A program made the position numbers and the translations under genes. The notes under the pieces are model-generated. The model worked only from the letters and a program-made list of their open reading frames with translations. It was not told where the DNA came from and did no database searches. From assembly GCA_030390025.1 (NCBI GenBank), contig CM059432.1, positions 70,992,001 through 71,056,000 on the forward strand: DNA of 64,000 nucleotides, read 5' to 3'. Each line of letters starts with the position of its first letter. Within the stretch, counting starts at the first letter, position 1. Shown in pieces: positions 13,441 through 26,886 of the stretch. Source of the DNA: Squalus acanthias (taxonomy: Eukaryota).

Positions 13441-14200
13441 GGACTGGAATTTGCAGTCTCCGTGATGGCGTACTCTCAGAGTACACTGTCGTAATCCATT
13501 GCAAAGGCCCCACAATGTTTGGGTTTCAGCATGCGCTTGCGCGAAATCTGGAACTTGCAATCTGTCAAGGTATGCCTTGACAGATCGTCCAAACCGACTG
13601 GAAACACTATAGGCGCAGAGTTGGGCTATTTGCCCAACAGCTGCCCAGCAATTGCCCATGAAACTCTTACTGCTGGTAAAAGCAGGAATTGGGCCTGCTT
13701 TCATCAGCATAAGGGTATATATAAGCTTTAAATTAAATATTTAAAAATCAAAAATGATGCACATACACAATAACTAAGTTTATGCAAATATTGGCCTGGA
13801 TTAAGATGTTTAAAATTATTTATCAAAAATTCAATTTTTATTGAGGTTGGTGCAGTGAAGGGACTTATGAATAAAATTGAAATTCAGTACATTTATATTT
13901 ATTAGAATTGTGTAAATTGTTTAATTATTTGGGGATTCCATTGCATCTCATTAGGGGATTCTCTTTGTAATTGACTGCAATGGAATCCTCCTTTGTGATT
14001 GGAGGACCGGACCCACGTGATCCCAGGGACGCTTCTGAACTACCTACGTCCCTGGGATCCGTGGGCCTTTACACAGCCGTCCGCTTGGAGGCCTGAGACT
14101 GGAACTCTCCGCAGCCAGGGTGCTTGGAGGTAGGTACGGATTTGTTTCCCGGGTCGGAAGCGTACTCCGGAGGTACGCCTCCAACCGCAATTTCTACCCC
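13441..14200. mobile_element. Harbinger-type MITE
   Basis: Degenerate TIRs GGACTGGAATTTGCAGT..GGCGTAC / GTACGCC..ACCGCAATTTCTACCCC. Confidence 0.6.
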
Positions 14201-14699
14201 AGTGTCTACCAATGGTTTGTCATGCTGTTCCTGTTTGTGACAGCTTTCAGAACATTTACCATCCTGTTTTATCCAATATCTATGTATTGATTTACCTGGA
14301 TATTCTAATGAGTAATAGAATGACATTCCTTCTCCACATTAAAAGCCATTTGCTATCTTTTGAAACTTCTGATGTTTGAGATCAATCATCTCTCAAAAGC
14401 CAGTAGAGATCTAAGGCTATATTTCTCTCTGTATTCATTTAAAAATAAAGTAGACATAAAGCACCTATGATTTCGACACTGCATCATCATATCGATTGAT
14501 GATACTGATTAGATCAGTGGAGCCCTGACTACCAAGGCTTTTATAGCAGCTGTTTGAGCATTCACAAGAATTTATACAACTGGCATTAAGAGTCCTACCA
14601 CTGTGAGCTCTGCGGCAAACATCTGTAGAGTTGCCCCACACTCCATGGTGGCTTTCAGTCATCAGCACTGCACACCAGCCCCTCTCCACATGTGTGTCC

Positions 14700-16800
14700 C
14701 TGCATCAAAATATGCTCCCTCCTAATTACCCCTATTTAATTCCCTTGAAGTGGATGCATCTGGACCAGTGCATGCAGTGTCTGGAGTGCTTGACAGATGC
14801 TCATGTCATGGATCCGGTTGCTGCTCCTCTTGTGCCAGCTTCCTGTTCTTGAAAAACCCCATAACAAATAGAAAGGGGTTGGAGCTACTGGCTGTGCACC
14901 AAGTTCAAGGCCATCATGGTGATGTGTACCAGAAGGGCAGGTGTTACTAGCTATTAGTCACTGATTGAACGTTAGTTGCTGGTAAGAATATGATGTTGAA
15001 GTGAGACATTGAACTGGCCTGAAGCCACCAAACTCTCACTCGTCCACTCCCTGAATGGCCTCCACCCTAATTATTTGGACAGCCTGCTCCTTGTAGCGGC
15101 TGAGTCATCATAGGTCAGATGGGCTGCCACCAGTGTTGGTTCTCTGCTGATGGCTATGTGCCGCCTTTTTTGAGCAATAAGGGATAATACGAGGGTTACC
15201 CCAAATGAGAGTTTACGTTCTACCTGGTGTGAAAGGATGAGCAGAGCACATGTATGTAGTTCAATGAACCATACAGTGAATTGGCGAGAAAACGTGCCAG
15301 AGCTGTATGAGTGAAAGGAAGCCTATCCCTTTGGTTGTCATCATGTCAGATATGCAGTTTCAGATATTTAGAAGGTTTAAAAAATAGATGTGGAGCGAGT
15401 GGTTTGCAGGTTGCATTGCAGATGTGGCTAGGTACTATAGGCAGATGTGGCTAGGTACTATAGGCAGATGTGGCTAGCTACTATAGGCAGATGTAGCTAG
15501 GTACTATAGGCTGATGTGGCTAGGTACTATAGGCTGATGTGGCTAGGTACTATAGGCTGATGTGGCTAGGTACTGTAGGCTGATGTGGCTAGGTGCTGTA
15601 GGCTGATGTGGCTAGGTACTATAGGCAGATGTGGCTAGGTACTATAGGCTGATGTGGCTAGGTACTATAGGCTGATGTGGCTAGGTACTATAGGCTGATG
15701 TGGCTAGGTACTATAGGCTGATGTGGCTAGGTACTATAGGCTGATGTGGCTAGGTACTATAGGCTGATGTGGCTAGGTACTATAGGCTGATGTAGCTAGG
15801 TACTATAGGCAGATGTGGCTAGGTACTATAGGCTGATGTGGCTAGGTACTATAGGCTGATGTGGCTAGGTACTATAGGCAGATGTGGCTAGGTACTATAG
15901 GCAGATGTGGCTAGGTACTATAGGCTGATGTGGCTAGGTACTATAGGCAGATGTGGCTAGGTACTATAGGCTGATGTGGCTAGGTACTAGGTACTATAGG
16001 CTGATTGCTTGGTGAGTACATAGTCCAGTCATCTTTTTACTTTGAGTGGGAAGAAATTTGCCTATCCCCCCCACCCCCCGGCACTCTCCTTCAGTCAGTC
16101 ACTGTTCTCATGAGCAACAAACAGAGGACACATCATTCAGACAATTGGTCACCTTCTGCCATGCTTCCTTTTATTTGGAGGATTTCCCTCTGCCCCTAAA
16201 ATTGTCACTTCCCTCAAGGCCTCCTCTTCCATCAAATACTGCAAGCTCTCTTCACAAGCCACTGTTTTCTTTAAGATTCTCTTCAGCCCTAGTGACTCAA
16301 TGCTACCGTGCACAGTATAAACATGCAGGGAGGTTATTATGTAAATAACCTGACCTTGTAGAATCTGGTAGGGCGGGCACAGTGCAGATGCACACAGAGG
16401 GCGTGGGCCATTTGGAATCTGATTGAGGAATTGGCACTTTGTGCCATGCATACTTTGAGCAGCTAATTAATATAAGGTAATGGTGAGTAGTCCCACATTG
16501 GCTGACCTGGTGAACTCTGTAAATTCCTTTTCACTTCCTAGTAGTTTCTCTAAGTGTTTTTCCCTGAGTTGACATGCATGGCCATCTCCTCCCAAGTACT
16601 TAGTTGCTCATCCGTACAGATAGTGCCCCAGAATACCAGACAATGCCACCTTCCTCTGCTGCACTTCAACAAAAAACATTAGTAAATCAAAGTACTCAGG
16701 CTACTGCATTACTTCTCTGCACTTGTCATTCAATGTATGGGAATTTTTCTGACAAAATCGCAGCTCCCCTTTAAATTGCTGCTGCAGGCCTTTAAATCCT
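14700..16800 (-). pseudogene. Highly degenerate Harbinger Myb-gene remnant
   Basis: Minus strand about 16490-16600 reads WEEMAMHVNS...EFTRSA, resembling W.EVA..VS...NDLTRS; CCCCTTTAAA upstream at about 16767, as in other copies. Boundaries approximate. Confidence 0.4.
15418..16005. repeat. 23-bp minisatellite GC(A/T)GATGTGGCTAGGTACTATAG, about 25 copies
   Basis: Directly visible, near-perfect tandem array with no spacers. Confidence 0.97.
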
Positions 16801-17360
16801 GAAGCAGCATAATATTTCCCACACTTCTAAACAATGAATTCCCAGTGGTGGACTAACTTCATACTGGGAGCACACAGACATGATAGGGCCGATTCCATGC
16901 TCCCTTGCTTTAGCAAGGAGCAACCCAACTAACGAATGCATCAGCCTGTAATTTTCTGTTCGGACTGGAAGGCCTATGTTAATGTGTTCTATTTGAAAAG
17001 GTAACTCAACATTAAACAATTTGAGGAACAGGTTATCTGGAATTCAAAACTGCATTTTCTCACCCAGAAAAATATATGGAAATTAGACAGTAGGGGGCAA
17101 ATGTGCAATACAGAAAAAGCTCCACAATGATCCAGTAGCTCTTTATGTCCCAGAAAGGATCCTTCAATATACCTGGGTGAGTTGTACTCGATTGTAAGGA
17201 ATGTACCCTGGCAATATTGGAAGAAATTAAAAAATATTGTTACCCAACAATCAACAGCACCTTGCATTCATATAGTGTATTTAACATACAAAAAATGTCC
17301 TGCGGCATAAAAAAAACTGGACGCCGAACCACAGACCTTGCATCCTAGGTTCTAGCTTTC

Positions 17361-17488
17361 AGGGTTGAATTTCCACAGCGGTTATCCCAATCGTCCGTCA
17401 TAATATTGGTGAAAGATTTGTGGAAGCCCCAGAGAAACGTAAATGGTATGGCACATGATCAGGAGAACCCCTGTGGAAATTCAACCCC
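17361..17488. mobile_element. 128-bp Harbinger-type MITE
   Basis: AGGGTTGAATTTCCACAG / CTGTGGAAATTCAACCCC TIRs; TTC duplicated on both sides (17358-17360, 17489-17491). Confidence 0.8.
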
Positions 17489-18803
17489 TTCGAGTTTTAT
17501 AAAAACAACAACAGCTTGTATTTATATAGCATCTTTAGCATAGTAAAATGTCCCAAGGCACTTCACTGGAGTGTCATTAAACAAAATTTTACAGTAAAGT
17601 TGTAACCATACATGTATGAAATTTGTCACAAGCTGCTTTGCTCAAAACCAAAAATTTCTGTTGCTGAAGCAGACCTCCTCAGATTTATTGACAACAGGAT
17701 CTCCATCTGATGTTCATCACGATTAAATTTATTTCAAGAGATAAAACACTTAGGAGTATGAAGTATTATTATAACCTGACCACATAGTTGGCAAGTAAAT
17801 GGTTTATATTCTATGCTTTCCTGTCATATATCCTCAAGATGCTGGCAAAATACTGAAAATCTGAATATTTAAAAAACATGATAATTATATTTATTAAGTG
17901 CTCCCTTCCACAGTGTGGAGTGATACATAATAATGCTGAGTGACAACGTTAAACATATATTAGGGACATTATAATGATTGCACACAGACCAAGCTATGGG
18001 TTTTCAATTAGGAGAAGTATGCCCCCTTTTTTGTGGAAGTTGAAACCTGAAAATGTATGTTTCTTAGCTGCTAAGCTGAATTTTTGTGTCTGAAAATGTA
18101 GTATTGGGGAATTAGGTCTGACGTGACCCAATTCTTAAAAAATGAAACAAATTGCATGAGATGAACTATAAAAGTTCTGATGGTTTCCATACAGCATGTC
18201 ATACATTGAATTAATTATTCTTGAAGCCTGTTGGAACATATCTCTTTGATTGCTATAATTTCTATAACAATCTACTTGGTTTTTAGAACATTCAGAATTA
18301 TTTAGTCTACAAGTGCCATTTAAGGATTGAAGGTTTCAATGTTCAATTTGTCAAGACTACAAAAAATTCCATGCATGACAGCTGCTCATTACCAGATGAT
18401 GATACGTAACAAGGGAATCCATACTGAAAACTTCATTTGCCATACCTTGTAAATTCTTATTTCAATCTCATATGTACTATTTTCCTACAAGAGAGAATCT
18501 GAGAAATAGTCTCGAGCCAGAGTTACAATGGGATACTAAAACTAAACAATATATCAGATACGTACTTATGTCTGTGATTTGACAGCCTCAGTTGTTTTAT
18601 TTGCAGGGATGTAACGGGCGCATTTTAGTTATAATTACATTTCAGTGACTAGATTTTTGTCAGTTTGCCTGTTTTTATAAATCTTGAAACTTGGATTCAT
18701 GGTTCCTTGTGTAAAAAAACCCCACTTAGGGCCTGTTATTTTCAGGGAGGCAGGGAGGGAGCACTCCTGCTCCTCTTGGCCCACAAACAGTACTTGAAAA
18801 GCA

Positions 18804-19495
18804 TTTCTGGGGATAGGCTATCGACAAACATCCACTATAAGCTCACTGACTCCCACAGCTACCTGGACTACATTTCCTCCCACCCCGCTTCCAGTAAGGA
18901 CTCTATTCCATTCTCCCAGTTTCTTTGTCTCCATTGCATCTGTTCTGATGATGCCACCTTCCATACTAGCACTTCCGATATCTCTTTTTCCTCAACTGAG
19001 GATTCCCCTCTTCCAGGGCCCTTGACTGTATCTGTTCCATTTCCCGCACTTCTGCTCTCACCCCTTCCCCTCCCTCCCAGAACCACGATAGGCATTTTAC
19101 AGCCCTCTTGACTCAACATTGCATTCAACAATTTCAGATCATAACTTCTGCGCTTATTTTTTCAGATGGCAGTTGTTGATATTTCTGCCAGTCCCATTTA
19201 CACCTCTTCTAGACTCATCTTTTGTTTCTTTACTTGTCTCATTACCATCTACTTTTGCTTTGTACAATCATCCCTTTTGTCATTCAATCTCTCCTGCCTT
19301 TCACCCTATCACAGACCTTCCCTTTTGTTCTTTTCTCCCCTCCCCCCTTTCCCTGCCTCTGCACCTGCTTAAAATCTGTTACATCTCTAACTTTTTCCAG
19401 TTCTGACGAAAGGTCATCGACCTGAAACGTTAACTCTGTTTCTCTCTCCACAGAGGCTGCCTGACCTGCTGAGTATTTCCAGCATTTCCTGTTTC
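18804..19495 (+). mobile_element. Penelope-like retroelement 3' remnant with 13-bp TSD
   Basis: Protein remnant LSTNIHYKLTDSHSYLDYISSHPASSKDSIPFSQFL..ICSDD, typical of the Penelope region downstream of RT; TSD TACTTGAAAAGCA at 18791-18803 and 19496-19508. Confidence 0.85.
19398..19438 (+). ncRNA. Minimal type I hammerhead ribozyme (Penelope-associated)
   Basis: CTGACGA-A-AGGTC-ATC-GACCT-GAAA-CGTT: core boxes, 5-bp stem II, palindromic AACGTT in place of stem III. Confidence 0.75.
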
Positions 19496-19508
19496 TACTT
19501 GAAAAGCA

Positions 19509-19800
19509 CTTACCTGCTGGATTCAGCAGCTCTCGCCTCCCGTTAGCTGCCAGGTTTCCCGAGCCCTGGGAAACCCTGGTCGCAGCCATTCAATTCACAT
19601 GGCTACTAAAATCTGAGGCGCACAGCCTCATTTAAATATTATAATTACTGACCCGCCTCCCAAGAGCAGCTTACTCGCCCGACCCCCAACCCGCCTCGGT
19701 TAAACCTGAAGTAGTCTTGTTTGCAGCTTGGGTTTCCCATTTTTAAGAATTTAACCCCCCCCCAACCCCTCTCATGTCCATCCTGTTAAACTTCCCCTCT
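19509..19800. mobile_element. Harbinger-type MITE fragment (host of the Penelope insertion; similar to 27400-27697)
   Basis: GTTTCCCGAGCCCTGGGAAACC matches GTTTCCCAAGCCCCGGGAAACC at about 27413; ends GTTAAACTTCCCC. Confidence 0.5.
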
Positions 19801-19810
19801 TAATATTTTA

Positions 19811-20251
19811 CCATGGCTTAGTTGGCAGCACTCTCGCCTCTGAGTCAGAAGGTTGTGGATTCAAGTTCCACTCCAGGGGTTTGAGCCTAAAATCTAGACT
19901 GACATTCCAGTGCAGTGCTGAGGGAGTTCTGCACTGTCGGAGTTGCCGTCTTTTGGATGAGACGTTAAACCGAGGCCTCGTCTGCCCTCTCAAGTGGACG
20001 TAAATGATTCCATGGCAGTATTTCGAAGAAGAGCAGGGGAGTTCTCCAATATTTATCCCTCAACATCACTAAAGCAGATTATCGTCTTTTACACATTGCT
20101 GTTTGTGGGACCTTGCTGTGCGCATATTAGCTGCTGCATTTCCGACATTACAACAGTGATTACACTTCAAAACTACTTTGTTGGCTGTAAAACATGTAGG
20201 GACGTCCTGCAGTTGTGAGAGGAGCTATTTAATTTTTAATCTTTCTTTTTT
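19811..20251 (+). mobile_element. tRNA-derived Deu-domain SINE (SacSINE1/AmnSINE-like)
   Basis: tRNA-like head with A/B boxes; GATGAGACGTTAAACCGAGG...GAAGAAGAGCAGGGGAGTTCTCC core; same family at 31617, 34023, 45511 and 61050. Confidence 0.85.
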
Positions 20252-20315
20252 TAATCTTTTGGGCCTTCATAGTCTGGTTGCTATGGTGCTATACCACTCT
20301 GACACAGCACACAAT

Positions 20316-21460
20316 CATAGAATCATAGAATGGTTACAGCACAGAAGGAGGCCATTCGGCCCATCGAGCCCATGCCGGCTCTCTGCAAGAGCATTTCAGG
20401 TAGTCCCTCAACCTGCCCTGCCACCTTCAATGATTTGTGCACATATACCCCCAGGTCTCTCTGTTCATGCACCCCCTTTAGAATTGTACTCTTTAGTTTA
20501 TATTGCCTCTTCTTGTTCTTCCTACCAAAATGTAACACTTTTCACTTTTCTGTGTTAAATTTCATCTGCCACGTATCTGCCCATTTCACCAGCCTGTCTA
20601 TGTCCTCTTGAAGTCTATCACTCTCCTCCTCACTGTTCACTATACTTTCAAGTTTTGTGTCATCTGCAAATATGAAATTGTGCCCTGTACACCCAAGTCT
20701 AAGTCATTAATATATATCAAGAAAAGCTGTGGTCCTAGTACCGACCCCTGGGGACCCCACTGTTTACCTTCCTCCAATCCAATAAACAACCGTTCACCAC
20801 TACTCTCTGTTTCCTGTCACTTAGCCAATTTTGTATCCATGCTGCCACTGTCCCTTTTATTCCATGAGCTTCAACTTTGCTGGCAAGTCTATTATGTGGC
20901 ACTTTATCGAACACCTTTTGGAAGTCCATGTACACCACGTCAACCGCATTGCCCTCATCAACCCTCTCTGTTACCTCATCAAAAAACTCAATCAAGTTAG
21001 TTCAATACGATTTGCCTTTAACAAATCCATGCTGGCTTTCCTTAATTAATCTACACTTGTCCAAGTGACTGTTAATTTTGTCCCTGATTATCATTTCTAA
21101 AAGCTTCCCCACTATCGAGGTTAAACTGATTGGCTTGTAGTTGCTGGGTTTATCCTTACACCCTTTTTTGAACAAGGGTGTAACATTTACAATTCTCCAG
21201 TCCTCTGGCACCAAGGAGGATTGGAAGATTATGGCCAGTACCTCTGCAATTTCCACCTTTACTTCCCTCAGCATTCTGGGATGTATCCCATCCGGTCCTG
21301 GTGACTTATCTATTTTAAGTACAGCCAGCCTTTCTAGTACCTCCTCTTTATCAATTTTTATCCCATCCAGTATCTCAACTACCTCCTCTTTCACTATGAC
21401 TTTGGCAGCATCTTCTTCCTTGGTAAAGACAGAAGCAAAGTACTCATTTAGTACCTCAGG
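20316..21460 (-). mobile_element. CR1 LINE fragment with internal deletion
   Basis: VDVVYMDFQKVFDKVPH, KSPGPDGIHPR motifs; (ATTCTATG) tail at about 20316-20330. Confidence 0.9.
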
Positions 21461-21821
21461 AAGTCCCTTCCCAGACACAATGCAGCTAAAACGTGCTTCT
21501 CCCAAAGGAGCTGTCAGGCTGTCTCTAGAGGGCAATTGATTCCCTCTGCATTTGAGGTCTATGAAAGTTCCATAATAGAACCTACAGTTGCTCTCAGCCC
21601 ACGACCCACTTACTGGCATTTCTCAGCCTCCTTTCAATTGGGCAGAAGCCAAGGGGGCAGGTTCTTCTCCAATTTTCAGCACCCCACCCCCCCCACACCC
21701 AGCACTTATACTGGAGCTGTGTCTGGCGCCTGATTGGAATTTCAGCACTAAACTGTTTAGCCAAAGAATCAAAAGGATATTATAAGTAAATGCAAACTTT
21801 TTTAATACTTCAAAACATGAT

Positions 21822-22590
21822 GGCCTGGATTTTGCGGTCAGCAGTGAAGGAACGGCGCGCGCCGTTCAGTACGCTGACAGCTGCCCACAGTGTTTTCATG
21901 AGCTTTTGAGTGGAGACTTGCTCTCATTGGGGATCTGATCCAGTGCAGCACCCTCTACAGAGGATCTGTGACGTGTGTGAACAGGGTAAGGAACAGCGAG
22001 ACTCTTCAACCAATCAGATTGAAGAACCCTCACTGAGCCACGCAGAGTCTAAACCCGGAAGTATAAACCAAGAAGTATAAATTAGATTCAAATCATGTAC
22101 AGAAAGCAAAATAAAGAGAGAGAATGAAAAATGGGATTAAGAGAGAGATGATAGAGACAGACAGTAAAAGTAAAAAATTATATATTTTTAAAATCTCCAA
22201 TGCTAATTAAATTCTGAATGAATGAGACTCCACACTTGTAAAATTACATTTACAGTGCCAAAGAGGTTGGCAGTAATTATGACTTACCATGCCATTAAAA
22301 ATTCACTTACACCTGAATGCACCAGCCCTAACTTTTTGTGGTCTGTTTAATAGGTAGCTAGTGGCTAAGGACAACAAATTCACGCCCGTACATGGATTTC
22401 AATGCTGAGTCTCTTGGCGAGGTACTGTTATAGTGCAGCTTGTGGAGGAGCAGGGTAACTTGGACCGCAACCTCCGGATTTCTGCATTTAACTGCGTATG
22501 TACGGACTCCGGAAGTTGCTGTCCGATTTACTCCATAATAACGGTGAGCACTGTTAGCTTCACCATTACTCTCAATGGAAAATCCAAGCC
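21822..22590. mobile_element. Harbinger-type MITE
   Basis: GGCCTGGATTTT / AAAATCCAAGCC termini. Confidence 0.6.
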
Positions 22591-23333
22591 ATTTGCTTAT
22601 TGAACTGAAATTAACAGTAAATAAAATCTTTCTACAAAAATGAACTGCCACTGCTGGAAATCTGAAATAAAAACAGAACATTTTTGAAATACACAGCAGG
22701 CCAGTAAACATCTGTAAAAAAAAAATGGGTTCATGTTTTGTGTGTGTAATCTTCCTCGGAACTGAAAGATACATAAGTCCTTTGTAGGATGAAATAGGAA
22801 CCTATTAAATTATATAAAAGATCACCTTATTGAGGCAACGAAAAGACATTAGAAGAATAAAATAATGTAGAAATAGCTAAGGTAACATTATAGGAAAAGC
22901 CCACAGAAGGAAAAAGTAAAAAAAGGGGGCGATTGGGAAAATAAAGATGCATGATATATGAAGTGAAGACGGGAAGTGCTAGAAACACACAATAGTCCAC
23001 CAGTCTAGAAAAGAGGAAAGAAAATTGCATCACCCTGGGAACAGAACCCCTACCCCCTCACCAGAGCTCGGTGGGTGGTGACATACTCACTTTATATTGC
23101 TAGTGTCCCCTACATCTTATATTTAATATATATTATATAGAGAGAGAAAGAAGGGGAGAGCAGGAAAGAGGAGAAGGGTGAGGTTAAGGGAAGGAGGTAA
23201 AAGGTGAAGGAGGAGGATGAAGGAGGAGGAAGGGGAAGGTGAAGGGGAAGGGGAGGGTGGGAGACCGGTTCGGAGATGGCTGTTTCTTCCCTTTATTGTA
23301 AGGACCTGCAGCTTGTAGTATTACAGAATAACA

Positions 23334-24300
23334 CTGAAATAAAAACAGAAAATGCTGGAAATACTCAGCAGGTCAGGCAGCATCTCTGGAGAGAGAAACA
23401 GAGTTAACGTTTCAAGTCGATGACCTAGAATCATAGAAGCATAGAATCACAGAACAGGACTGCACAGGAGGAGGCCATTTGGCTCATTGAGTCTGCGCTG
23501 GCTCTTTTGAAGAGCAGTCCAGTTAGTCCCACTCCCTGGCTCTTTTTTTCTCCTTCAAGTATTTATCGAATACCCTTATGAATCAGGCAGTGCATTCCAA
23601 ATCCTAACCACTCGCTGCGTAAATTTTTTTCCCTCATGTCACCTCTGGTTCTTTTGCCAATCACCTTAAACCTGTGCCCTCTCGTTATCAACCCTTCAAC
23701 CATTGTAAACAGTTTCTCATTATCTAAACCCTTCATGATTTTAAACACCATTGTCAAATCTCCTCTTAGTTTTCTCTGTTCTAAGCACAACAACCCCATT
23801 TTCTCCAGTCTATCCACGTAACTGTAATCCCTCATCCCGGAACCATTCTAATAAATCTCTTCTGTACCTTCTCCAAAGCCTCACGTCCTTCCTAAAGTGT
23901 GGTGCCCAGAATTGGACACAATACTCCAACTGGGGCCGAACTAGCGTTTTATATAGATTTAGCAGATCCTTTCGTCAGAACTGGAAGAAGTTACAGATTT
24001 AACAGTTTATAAGCGAGTACAGAGCTAGGGAAAGAAGGGGATGAGGAGGAGGAAAGGAAAGAACAAAAGGGAAGATCTGTGATAGGGTGGAGGTCAGGAC
24101 TCAGAAAATGACAAAAGGTTGATGGTGCAAAGTAAAAGAGGGTGGTAATGGGACAAGTAAAGAAACAAAAGATAGGTCTAGAGGAGCTGTAAGTGGCAAC
24201 GGCAAAACCATTACCAGCACCTGCTGTCCGTAAAAATGGGAGCAGTGGTTATGATCGGAAGTTATTGAAATCAATGTTGAGCCCAGAAGGTTGTAAAGTA
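23334..24300 (-). mobile_element. Penelope-like remnant split by a CR1 insertion
   Basis: Reverse complement of the 19100-19495 family; ...GTCGATGACCT | CR1 | CCTTTCGTCAGAACTGG. Confidence 0.8.
23427..23965 (-). mobile_element. CR1 LINE 3' fragment
   Basis: MRDYSYVDRLEKMGL..LEQRKLRGDL; tail-like repeats at about 23427-23450. Confidence 0.88.
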
Positions 24301-25028
24301 TTCTATTCTTTGCAAATATATTTCTGATATAATGGAATTAGCGCGAATGATAAAGGTATATTATTTTGTAGTTACTGAAGTAAAAGAGTTTAAAACTCTT
24401 AACAACAAATTTTATTTAGTGTAGAAAGCAATATATCCAAAACTACATGCAGGGCAGCCTGTGTATTATTCTTTGTCATTTATAAATTGCCTTAATTGAT
24501 TTCAGCTGTATAAATCAAAATACTTTTTGGGTTTGAACATTAATTTATATTTATAGCTCTTGGGAGAAGGGCCTGGACTCTCCCAGAACAGGCGAGCTGC
24601 CAAGAATGGAAAACAGGCAGAGAGCAGCGTGTTTAACTTCTGCTGAGGAGCTGCGGAGACCCTGTAAAAACAGTGTAAATGCCATTTACTTCCTTTTTCC
24701 AGTGTTTTCATGGCTTTTCTGCTAAAGTTATGGTGGACGAGCAGGAGAACATCCATGGAAAATGTCGAAATTCATTCCCTATATTTGCTGTATAAAATTA
24801 AAAGTTCAAAAAATAATTTGAAAATTAACTTACTTGAGAAGAAATATCACTTTGGGAAAAAAGGACAAGCTCGCAGTATAGCTGTGAGAGAAAGTTCACT
24901 AAAACAAAAGCAAAATACTACTGTTGCTGAAAATCTGAAATAAAAACAGAAAGTGCTGGAAAACACTCAGCAGGTCAGGCAGCATCTGTGGAGAGAGAAA
25001 CAGAGTTAACGGCCCCGAAATTAATCTC

Positions 25029-26453
25029 ACTCCTGTGCCCCTCTCTCCTGTGCCCCTCTCTCCTGTGCCCCTCTCTCCTGTGCCCCTCCCTCCTGTGCAC
25101 CTCCCTCCTGTGCCCCTCTCTCCTGTGCCCCTCTCTCCTGTGCCCCTCCCTCCTGTGCACCTCCCTCCTGTGCCCCTCTCTCCTGTGCCCCTCTCTCCTG
25201 TGCCCCTCTCTCCTGTGCCCCTCTCTCCTGTGCCCCTCTCTCCTGTGCCCCTCTCTCCTGTGCCCCTCCCTCCTGTACACCTCTCTCCTGTGCCCCTCTC
25301 TCCTGTACACCTCTCTCCTGTGCCCCTCTCTCCTGTGCCCCTCCCTCCTGTACACCTCTCTCCTGTGCCCCTCCCTCCTGTGCCCCTCCCTCCTGTGCAC
25401 CTCCCTCCTCGGTGCGCCTCCCTCCTGTGCACCTCCCTCCTGTGCACCTCTCTCCTGTGCCCCTCTCTCCTGTGCACATCTCTCCTGTGCCCCTCACTCC
25501 TGTGCACCTCACTCCTGTGCACCTCTCTCCTGTGCACCTCCCTCCTGTGCCCCTCTCTCGTGTGCCCCTCCCTCCTGTACACCTCCCTCCTGTGCCCCTC
25601 TCTCCTGTGCCCCTCCCTCCTGTGCACCTCCCTCCTGTGCCCCTCTCTCGTGTGCCCCTCTCTCCTGTGCCCCTCCCTCCTGTACACCTCCCTCCTGTGC
25701 CCCTCCCTCCTGTGCCCCTCCCTCCTGTGCACCTCCCTCCTGTGCCCCTCTCTCCTGTACACCTCTCTCCTGTGCCCCTCTCTCCTGTGCCCCTCTCTCC
25801 TGTGCCCCTCCCTCCTGTGCACCTCTCTCCTGTGCCCCTCTCTCCTGTGCCCCTCTCTCCTGTGCACCTCCCTCCTGTGCCCCTCTCTCCTGTGCCCCTC
25901 TCTCCTGTGCCCCTCTCTCGATTGCCCCTCTCTCCTGTGCCCCTCTCTCCTGTGCACCTCTCTCCTGTGCCCCTCTCTCCTGTGCCCCTCTCTCCTGTGC
26001 CCCTCTCTCCTGTGCCCCTCTCTCGTTTGCCCCTCTCTCCTGTGCACCTCTCTCCTGTGCCCCTCTCTCCTGTGCCCCTCTCTCCTGTGCCCCTCTCTCC
26101 TGTGCACCTCCCTCCTGTGCCCCTCTCTCCTGTGTCCCTCTCTCCTGTGCACCTCTCTCCTTTGCCCCTCTCTCCTGTGCCCCTCTCTCCTGTGCACCTC
26201 CCTCCTGTGCCCCTCTCTCCTGTGTCCCTCTCTCCTGTGCCCCTCTCTCCTTTGCCCCTCTCTCCTGTGCCCCTCTCTCCTGTGCACCTCCCTCCTGTGC
26301 CCCTCTCTCCTGTGTCCCTCTCTCCTGTGCACCTCTCTCCTTTGCCCCTCTCTCCTGTGCCCCTCTCTCCTGTGCACCTCCCTCCTGTGCCCCTCTCTCC
26401 TTTGCCCCTCTCTCCTGTGCACCTCCCTCCTGTGCCCCTCTCTCCTGTGCACC
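25029..26453. repeat. 15-bp minisatellite TGTGC(C/A)CCTC(T/C)CTCC, about 95 copies
   Basis: Directly visible tandem array. Confidence 0.97.
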
Positions 26454-26886
26454 TTTTATCTTGATAGACTGGAGAAGCTGGGGTTGTTCTCCTTGGAGCA
26501 GAGAAGATTGAGAGGAGATTTGATAGAGGTGTTCAAAATCATGAGGGGTCTGGACAGAGTAGATAGAGGGAAACTGTTCCCATTGGCAGAAGGGTGGAGA
26601 ACCAGAGGACGCAGATTTAAGGTGATTGGCAATAGGACCAAAGGTGACATAAGAAAAAACTTTTTTACTCAGCGAGTGGTTAAGATCTCGAATGCACTGC
26701 CTGAAAGGGTGGTGGAGGCAGATTCAATCATGGCTTTCAAAAGGGAGTTGGATAAGTACCTGTAGGAAAAAAAAAGGCTACAGGGAAAGGGCGAGGGATC
26801 GGACTAGCTGAACTGCTCTTGCAGAGAGACGGCACGGGCTCGACGGGCCGATTGGCCTCCTTCTGTGCTGTAACCATTCTATGATT
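26454..26886 (+). mobile_element. CR1 LINE 3' fragment inserted in the minisatellite
   Basis: [29 protein letters not shown]...FKRELDKYL; ATTCTATGATTCT tail. Confidence 0.92.

Noticed and set aside
15418..16005. CRISPR-like array
   Set aside because: Head-to-tail repeats with no unique spacers, no cas genes, vertebrate context.
19811..19890. tRNA genes (also at about 31620 and 46929)
   Set aside because: tRNA-like heads continue directly into SINE bodies; no complete cloverleaf.
23140..23260. Purine-rich GA/GGA stretch
   Set aside because: Low-complexity sequence with no defined unit or context.
24502..24760. Possible host exon (good minus-strand acceptor TTTTTACAG near 24662; open frames on both strands)
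   Set aside because: No recognisable protein similarity and no convincing donor; cannot be supported without a homology search or RNA-seq.
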